Origin: Tubiluchus corallicola
Lineage: Eukaryota; Animalia; Priapulida
Reading direction: 5' to 3'
Assembly: GCA_030141605.1 (NCBI GenBank)
Contig: JAQGDQ010000881.1
Location: 20,646 to 84,645 of the forward strand
DNA length: 64,000 bases
In this document: positions 55,621-64,000 of the stretch, one piece after another
How the letters are laid out: every line of letters starts with the position of its first letter
How positions within the stretch are numbered: position 1 is the first letter of the stretch
The notes under the pieces: generated by a model
Told to the model about the DNA's origin: nothing
Database searches by the model: none
Seen by the model: only the letters and a program-made list of their open reading frames with translations
Position numbers and translations under genes: made by a program

Positions 55621-55937
55621 AGGGCGTACAGACTAGTGAGTTTACTGTCTGAGAGCAAACTCACAAGTGTGAACAGCCTTGCTAGTTACTTTTGGTAAGT
55701 TATTGCAAGCTCTCCTACAGTTCGTGCGAGTTGATTTACTGTCTAGTGTGAACGGTTCAGCGAATTACTCTCGATACTTCTCACCGTGAATAGAGAAGTG
55801 AGTGTCAACTCGTGCTTACTGTCCGAGAGTAACTCGCGGCAAGTTTTGCTGTCTAGTATGAGTAACCTTGCGAGTTACCTGGTGAGTTACTAGGCGAATT
55901 TATTTGACGAGAAAACTCGCTAGTACGAACGCGCCCT
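55621..55937. mobile_element. MITE-like element with imperfect TIRs
   Basis: agggcgtacagactagtgagtttt ... aaaactcgctagtacgaacgcgccct. Confidence 0.5.
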
Positions 55938-57140
55938 AAGAAAAATGGCGGCGCAAGCAAACAAACCACGTCAGATGTCGCTAAGATCTTAATCTTAATC
56001 ATGAAATACATCTGCACAATTTTAACAATCTCCGACCACAAATTACCAACAGTTTCTATTTTTATAAAACAACAAGAAAAACCCGCGCATGCGCACAGCA
56101 ATGTTCTCGTTAAGAACTTAATTGATAATAAACTTGAGAGACATTTGTCGAGCATGAGCCGTTTCACATGGGAGAACAGCTTTACTAGGTCTAAAATGTG
56201 AAGTGACCTTTATTTTTCATAAATAACAAAAAAATATTCATTTTTTATTCGCTAGTAGGTTCATGTAAATTTAAAAAAATTTCTCGTTTGACTCAATTTG
56301 AAGGAAAGTACGTAATGCGAAGATTAAAATAGCAGAGTAGCAAACTGTACCTTCATTATTTTGACTTGTACGCATGCGTGTTGCAGCTGGTTGACTTCAT
56401 ATCGAAAAATATACTCACACCGCAATTCAATATAGTTAATTTTACGATTCAAGTATCGTTGTACAAACAGGCAAATTTCGTAACTTATTTAGCATCGTGG
56501 AACGTATTACGCTTCAGTAAATTTCTTTTAAACCTTCCAATCCAGTCACACTCAGAATTGCTAAAATTTGCTAAACTAAAGTAATGCTTTTCGTTCAAAA
56601 GTGCTGTACTTAACAGTTAAAGTGCCTGCGCGTAACTGCGTATAATTCACGAATTTCAAGCATTTGATGTGAAATTAATGTGAAATTTATTGGTGAATGC
56701 GATTTAGCTGTCTGAAATGAGGTCAACAGCCACCATTAGTCGGTTTTCTTATCTAGCTGTCCAATCTTTCAAAGCGATCACGTATTTGAGAAAGTTTACT
56801 TTTGTAAGTATAATTATAGGTCGAGCGGCGCATGCGCTGTGGTACAACTGTGTCAGGCAATGTGGATTATTAAAATCTAATTTTAGTGCTGGTGGTATCT
56901 AGTATTTACCTTTGTGTACATTTTTTGTATTTTTTCATTGCAAAAAAGGTATAGAAGGCGACGGTAATAGCCGATTGGTGACGAAGTTTCAACTTTTTCA
57001 AATTAGCTGGCAATTAAGGATATTTTGAACTATGAATGGCTGAATGTTCATAAACCATTGCTGGTGATGAGTTGGTAGAAAAGGAGACGCTAAAAATTGT
57101 GAACTACAACGATGAAATCTTAGACTTGCTCTGTCATGTT

Positions 57141-57211
57141 GAACTGGTAGCTCAGATGGCAGAACACGGGAGGTGTAATCCGAGGTCGTGGGTTCAAATC
57201 TGACTAGTACA
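57141..57211 (+). pseudogene. tRNA-like sequence (tRNA-derived SINE head or pseudo-tRNA)
   Basis: A box TAGCTCAGATGG and B box GGTTCAAATC, with mismatched stems. Similar heads occur at ~17058-17125 and ~39398-39460. Confidence 0.55.
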
Positions 57212-57246
57212 CATTTTTTCAGCACCTCTGTTTCTTTTTTCATTAC

Positions 57247-57318
57247 CTGCAATGGGTAATAATTGTTGCGAAATAAACCATAACGGTTGATGAACGTTCT
57301 GGCATTGACAGTCATAAT
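57247..57318 (-). CDS. Candidate upstream exon of the unidentified minus-strand gene
   Basis: tag| IMTVNARTFINRYGLFRNNYYPLQ |gtaatg; 72 bp, phase-compatible with 55048. Confidence 0.3.
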
Positions 57319-58593
57319 CTAATTAATTGTGATAAAGTGTATATCTAAGTTAGTGAGGCGACATTAAGTCTGGTTAGCAAAGAAGTGGTTGATTACTGAG
57401 AAATCTGCCTGTTAGCTGTTCCGTTTGCCGTTCTACCTCCCCGTCAATTTGCCTCCTTTATAGACGAGATGTAAACATTGTAGCACTTATACGAGTCCAT
57501 GTCTCGTGTTGGTGGAGTAAGTGATATTCAGATAGATGCCGGTCCAGCTACACGCGTTCAGCATTACCATACGACTGCAAGCAGTGCAATTACACTCTTG
57601 CATTGTTTTTTTAACTCGCCACTAGATGGCAGACAAAAAATTGCTCAGTCGCCATAGCAACACCAACTTTAGCAATGCCCATTTCTACAGTATGATGTTA
57701 GAAGCTACAGCAGGAAAATGAACATAGTAGCTGCGTGTCACAAACACCATCGTAACCTTTTGTTCCAACTAAGCTGTGCCTTGCTGCTGTGTGAAATTTT
57801 ACAAAACGTTTTTACAAATATCATCAGCGCACAAAAACTTTATGTCCTACATTTGCATAAATAACACATTCATAGCTATTTGAAGATGCTGGCTATTTTT
57901 GTTTAAGTACGTAAATAATGTAACTATTTGAGAAAAACCCGCAGGTTAACCTCATGATAAACGCTTCATTTACTGAACAAAACAGCATAAAACACTTCAT
58001 AGATTTACCGAAAATGCACAAAACCCAAAAATGATCTTGACACAAAAATGTGATCATTACAAAGCTTAAGAACCCTTCTTAATAGATCTGTTGGTTGTTT
58101 TTACCTACAAATACACATTGTAACAAAATTGGTGAATATTTTGTAAAAAGTGAAATATCTCAATGGCTAGCAAGTTGTACAACAATGAAACTTGTAACTG
58201 CACTTCCCGTTGCGGAGTACCGGATATCCGCTTACAAGGAGCCTAACTGTTTGAGAAACCTTTATAAGACTTAAAGGAAGAAAATGTGAGGCAGGACCAA
58301 AAGCATCGCTATAGAAAAAAAACATTAAAATTTGTTGAGTAGTGTAGGCGAGCCGACTCATTCACTTCACAATCTCTTATCACCAAAAAAGGAAACGTCA
58401 TAGATACAGGAAATGCACGTTTGCTAGACCCAAAGTGAAAATAAAAACACCAGCTAATACTTTTATAAACAGATGTATTTTTAGTGCAGATTCTTGTCTT
58501 TACTATCCTCTTGGTTCTATTAATATTTGAATCTTTTATTTCACTCTTTTACGTTTTTAGGTATCCAAAGTTTTGTCTTAATTAAAGTTTTTA

Positions 58594-61437
58594 TTGATGT
58601 ACAGTACTTTAAGTTTATTAGTAGATGTACAGTACTGTAAGTTTATTAGTCGATGTACAGTACTGTAAGTTTATTAGTAGATGTACAGTACTGTAAGTTT
58701 ATTAGTAGATGTACAGTACTGTAAGTTTATTAGTAGATGTACAGTACTGTAAGTTTATTAGTCGATGTACAGTACTGTAAGTTTATTAGTCGATGTACAG
58801 TACTGTAAGTTTATTAGTAGATGTACAGTACTGTAAGTTTATTAGTAGATGTACAGTACTATAAATTTATTAGTAGATGTACAGTACTGTAAGTTTATTA
58901 GTAGATGTACAGTTCTGTAAGTTTATTAGTAGATGTACAGTACTGTAAGTTTATTAGTAGATGTACAGTACTGTAAGTTTATTAGTAGATGTACAGTACT
59001 GTAAGTTTATTAGTAGATGTACAGTACTATACATTTATTAGTAGATGTACAGTACTGTAAGTTTATTAGTAGATGTACAGTACTGTAAGTTTATTAGTCG
59101 ATGTACAGTACTGTAAGTTTATTAGTAGATGTACAGTACTGTAAGTTTATTAGTAGATGTACAGTACTGTAAGTTTATTAGTAGATGTACAGTACTGTAA
59201 GTTTATTAGTAGATGTACAGTACTATAAATTTATTAGTAGATGTACAGTACTGTAAGTTTATTAGTCGATGTACAGTACTGTAAGTTTATTAGTCGATGT
59301 ACAGTACTGTAAGTTTATTAGTAGATGTACAGTACTGTAAGTTTATTAGTAGATGTACAGTACTGTAAGTTTATTAGTCGATGTACAGTACTGTAAGTTT
59401 ATTAGTAGATGTACAGTACTGTAAGTTTATTAGTAGATGTACAGTACTGCAAGTTTATTAGTCGATGTACAGTACTGTAAGTTTATTAGTAGATGTACAG
59501 TACTATACATTTATTAGTAGATGTACAGTACTGTAAGTTTATTAGTAGATGTACAGTACTGTAAGTTTATTAGTCGATGTACAGTACTGTAAGTTTATTA
59601 GTAGATGTACAATACTGTAAGTTTATTAGTAGATGTACAGTACTGTAAGTTTATTAGTAGATGTACAGTACTGTAAGTTTGTTAGTAGATGTGCAGTACT
59701 GTAAGTTTGTTAGTCGATGTACAGTACTGTAAGTTTATTAGTAGATGTACAGTACTGTAGGTTTATTAGTAGATGTACAATACTGCACGCTTGTTAGTAG
59801 ATGTACAGTACTGTAAGTTTATTAGTAGATGTACAGTACTGTAAGTTTATTAGTAGATGTACAATACTGCACGCTTGTTAGTAGATGTACAGTACTGTAA
59901 GTTTATTAGTAGATGTACAGTACTGTAAGTTTATTAGTAGATGTACAGTACTGTAAGTTTATTAGTAGATGTACAGTACTATAAATTTATTAGTAGATGT
60001 ACAGTACTGTAAGTTTATTAGTAGATGTACAGTTCTGTAAGTTTATTAGTAGATGTACAGTACTGTAAGTTTATTAGTAGATGTACAGTACTGTAAGTTT
60101 ATTAGTAGATGTACAGTACTATACATTTATTAGTAGATGTACAGTACTGTAAGTTTATTAGTAGATGTACAGTACTGTAAGTTTATTAGTCGATGTACAG
60201 TACTGTAAGTTTATTAGTAGATGTACAGTACTGTAAGTTTATTAGTAGATGTACAGTACTGTAAGTTTATTAGTAGATGTACAGTACTGTAAGTTTATTA
60301 GTAGATGTACAGTACTATAAATTTATTAGTACAGTACTGTAAGTTTATTAGTAGATGTACAGTACTATAAATTTATTAGTAGATGTACAGTACTGTAAGT
60401 TTATTAGTCGATGTACAGTACTGTAAGTTTATTAGTCGATGTACAGTACTGTAAGTTTATTAGTAGATGTACAGTACTGTAAGTTTATTAGTAGATGTAC
60501 AGTACTGCAAGTTTATTAGTCGATGACAACTGTAAGTATTATAGAGTACAGTACATTTATTAGTAGATGTACAGTACTGTAAGTTTATTAGTAGATGTAC
60601 AGTACTGTAAGTTTATTAGTCGATGTACAGTACTGTAAGTTTATTAGTAGATGTACAATACTGTAAGTTTATTAGTAGATGTACAGTACTGTAAGTTTAT
60701 TAGTAGATGTACAGTACTGTAAGTTTGTTAGTAGATGTGCAGTACTGTAAGTTTGTTAGTCGATGTACAGTACTGTAAGTTTATTAGTAGATGTACAGTA
60801 CTGTAGGTTTATTAGTAGATGAGCAATACTGCACGCTTGTTAGTAGATGTACAGTACTGTAAGTTTATTAGTAGATGTACAGTACTGTAAGTTTATTAGT
60901 AGATGTACAATACTGCACGCTTGTTAGTAGATGTACAGTACTGTAAGTTTATTAGTCGATGTACAGTACTGTAAGTTTATTAGTAGATGTACAGTACTAT
61001 ACATTTATTAGTAGATGTACAGTACTGTAAGTTTATTAGTAGATGTACAGTACTGTAAGTTTATTAGTCGATGTACAGTACTGTAAGTTTATTAGTAGAT
61101 GTACAATACTGTAAGTTTATTAGTAGATGTACAGTACTGTAAGTTTATTAGTAGATGTACAGTACTGTAAGTTTGTTAGTAGATGTGCAGTACTGTAAGT
61201 TTGTTAGTCGATGTACAGTACTGTAAGTTTATTAGTAGATGTACAGTACTGTAGGTTTATTAGTAGATGAGCAATACTGCACGCTTGTTAGTAGATGTAC
61301 AGTACTGTAAGTTTATTAGTAGATGTACAGTACTGTAAGTTTATTAGTAGATGTACAATACTGCACGCTTGTTAGTAGATGTACAGTACTGTAAGTTTAT
61401 TAGTAGATGTACAATACTGTGAGTTTATAGCTAGATG
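58594..61437. repeat. 28-bp satellite, about 100 copies, with an internal palindrome
   Basis: Unit gatgtacagtactgtaagtttattagta contains TACAGTACTGTA; a variant recurs at a 1120-bp offset. Confidence 0.97.
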
Positions 61438-62199
61438 TATTTTAAACATTGTAAATATTGCTTCGCTTGTTACAATTGTAAAGTAGGTATGGTGATTTTT
61501 ATGAGTATAAACGATTTTTACTTACTTACTTACTTACTTACATACTTACTTACGTGCTTGCTTGCTTGCTTATTTACTTACTCGCTCGCTCGCTCGTTCA
61601 CTCACTCACTCACTCACTCACTCACTCACTCACTCGCTCGCTCGCTCGCTCTCTCACTCACTTACTCACTCTCTTGCTTACAGTATTCATTATGCAAACA
61701 ACATTACTGAGCTGTGAATATTCCATTTACTAATTTCTGTCACAGAAAACTCTTTAACTCAGGTGTTTTTTCATGTTCTGAGGTGAGCGATGTAAAGAAT
61801 TTTACATCACAGAGGTAACATTCTCAATTGCATGCAGATAATTTTCACCTGCCTCCTTTCACCTGCCCTTCCTAACTCGTTTATTACCGATCATGCTATC
61901 CAGAGGAAATTGGTCGTCGCTCAGGGAGAAATAAATGCTGACGACTGGCAAACGCACGAGACTGACGAAGCCATTTATACGTCAGAGCGTATCTATGTGG
62001 TGATAGGGGTGTAACTCGCATTGAGGAAATGAAATGTTATCAGTACTTTCTGCATATTAATAATATATTTGTTATAATAATAATAATAATAAAATGAGTT
62101 GACTTGAGAAATTATAGGTCAGATATATAACAAAACTTACATCACGGGGAAGGTGAAGTTGTTAAGATAAGATAACGAGATAAGTTACAATTTCACTAA

Positions 62200-62372
62200 C
62201 AGAGATTCATTGCCAATTTTTCACAATTAAAAGGAGATCTGTGTTCTAGGAATATATTCGATGACAGTTCATGCAGCTGCAAAAATTCGACTGAGAGTGT
62301 TATTATTATCGACCATTATTTTTTTGAGTGTTCAAACTATGACATGCACAGAACACTATTATTGAATCAGCT
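62200..62372 (+). mobile_element. LINE 3' zinc-finger fragment
   Basis: Reads SCSCKNSTESVIIIDHYFFECSNYDMHR. Confidence 0.5.
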
Positions 62373-62374
62373 CT

Positions 62375-62490
62375 GCAGCAGCATCAGCATCAGCAGCAGC
62401 AGCAGCAGCAGCGGCAACAACAATAACGACAATGGCGACGACGACAACGACAACGACAACGACAATAACAGCAACAGCAACAGCAACAGC

Positions 62491-62524
<34 letters not shown>

Positions 62525-62650
62525 ACAACGACAATGGCGACGACAACAATGACAACGAGAACGACAACGACAACAACAGCAACAACAACAACAACAACAA
62601 CAATGACAACGACAATGGCGACGACGACAACGACAACGACAATGGCGACG

Positions 62651-62681
<31 letters not shown>

Positions 62682-62706
62682 TAACAGCAACAGCAACAGC
62701 AACAGC

Positions 62707-62740
<34 letters not shown>

Positions 62741-62798
62741 ACAACGACAATGGCGACGACAACAATGACAACGAGAACGACAACGACAACAACAGCAA

Positions 62799-62841
<43 letters not shown>

Positions 62842-62881
62842 AACAGCAGCAACAACAACGACAACGACAATGGCGACGACG

Positions 62882-62915
<34 letters not shown>
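62375..62915. repeat. (CAG)/(AAC/GAC)n compound microsatellite
   Basis: Read directly from the sequence. Confidence 0.95.
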
Positions 62916-62916
<1 letters not shown>

Positions 62917-64000
62917 ATTGAGTGAGTGGTTCTAAATATTAATGAAAATTAGGTTTCTTCAAAGACAAAGAGAAGGATGGGATCAAAACATTCGATAAAC
63001 TTGAAATAAGGTTAATGAGAGCAATTGGCAAATCGGATAGTATGTTACTGTTAGGATGGAAGACTTTAACTTATAACACAATACCTTCTATCATCAAAAC
63101 GTTTATCAGTATCCCTCCTCACAGTAGTGGCAAAACAGTGGTGTTATCTTAATCAAGTTATCTTAATTTACATACTATTAACAAATAATAATCTTTCCAT
63201 CTTTTATATCATCTCATATATGAGCTTCATTCATTACATCATTCCATTTTAAGCACTAATGTTTTTTTGTTTTTTTTACCATACGATTCACTTTAAATTT
63301 TCAGATTATTTCCATTACTTTTTTTTCTATCACTGTGTGGGACAATCTAACAAGCCCTGCTTTTTGATTGCCCGCAACACATTTACATTCGTATATAGGT
63401 GAACAGTGTTTGAGGCTTTTCCTGTGCAGAAACAATAAAAGCTTATTGTACCGAGTACGCGATTGTAGTATTATGTGACCCATTTAATTGTCAGTCTACT
63501 ACACTAAAGTACCGAATTAGTCTATGCTGCCATCTACAGTCGTTGTTTTACACTAATTATACAAAGTTTGTCTGAGATTGACTTTTGTTTCTAAATATTA
63601 TTTCCTTTTGCTTTTATAGATAATCATTAATCCGAGTAATTAGATTGTTAATTTCATGCTTTAATTCTGGTTCTAACTGTCTTATTCAAGTTTAAATAGA
63701 GAAAAATTATAACATTATAACACAGTTTTCTGTAAACCAATAATCTTTATTCTGCTATCAAAGAAGCCAAGTAGACTTTGATTTTGGTATAACTAGTAGT
63801 CTTTAGAGTATAGGTGACCTTTCCAATTATGGTATGTATGCAAGAATGTGATGTACCTTCCAATAGGAACTTGTATGTCTGGTCATGTGATTACAACTCT
63901 ATTCTCTCAGGCATGCAAGTTTCAGTTGATCTAGAGACAGCATTGAGAAAGGATGCAAATTTTCTACTGTAAAATATCATATTGCTAACTTTATGACTGT

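Noticed and set aside
57141-57211. Functional tRNA-Thr(TGT)
   Set aside because: Acceptor, anticodon and T stems are mismatched and the anticodon loop is non-canonical.
61832-62014. 60-aa ORF or exon candidate
   Set aside because: No convincing splice-bounded frame or recognisable motif; may be regulatory.

Overview
AT-rich, repeat-dense genomic DNA from an invertebrate animal (spliced genes, many microsatellites, MITEs, LINE fragments); it is not prokaryotic. Genes were reconstructed by hand from GT-AG exons: (1) the last three exons of a cytosolic sulfotransferase (+, 2207-5240); (2) a complete 5-exon METTL27/WBSCR27-like SAM methyltransferase (-, 10705-18892, 229 aa); (3) an ASCb/ASCL3-5-type achaete-scute bHLH gene (+, 30440-32071); (4) a second, divergent achaete-scute-family bHLH gene with a YKHVPH pre-basic motif (+, 42609-46377 or 47203); (5) the 3' part of an unidentified minus-strand gene (54254-55048). 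The methyltransferase sits between two ~3.5-3.8 kb direct repeats that each carry the sulfotransferase terminal exon, and its stop codon runs straight into an 80-bp satellite. Mobile DNA includes non-autonomous Helitrons, hAT-, piggyBac- and Kolobok-like MITEs, a truncated LTR element with a tRNA-Pro-like PBS, a bipartite RTE element, and Penelope-like termini carrying minimal hammerhead ribozymes. Most long ORFs in the supplied track are artefacts of simple repeats. All family assignments come from motif recognition, not database searches.
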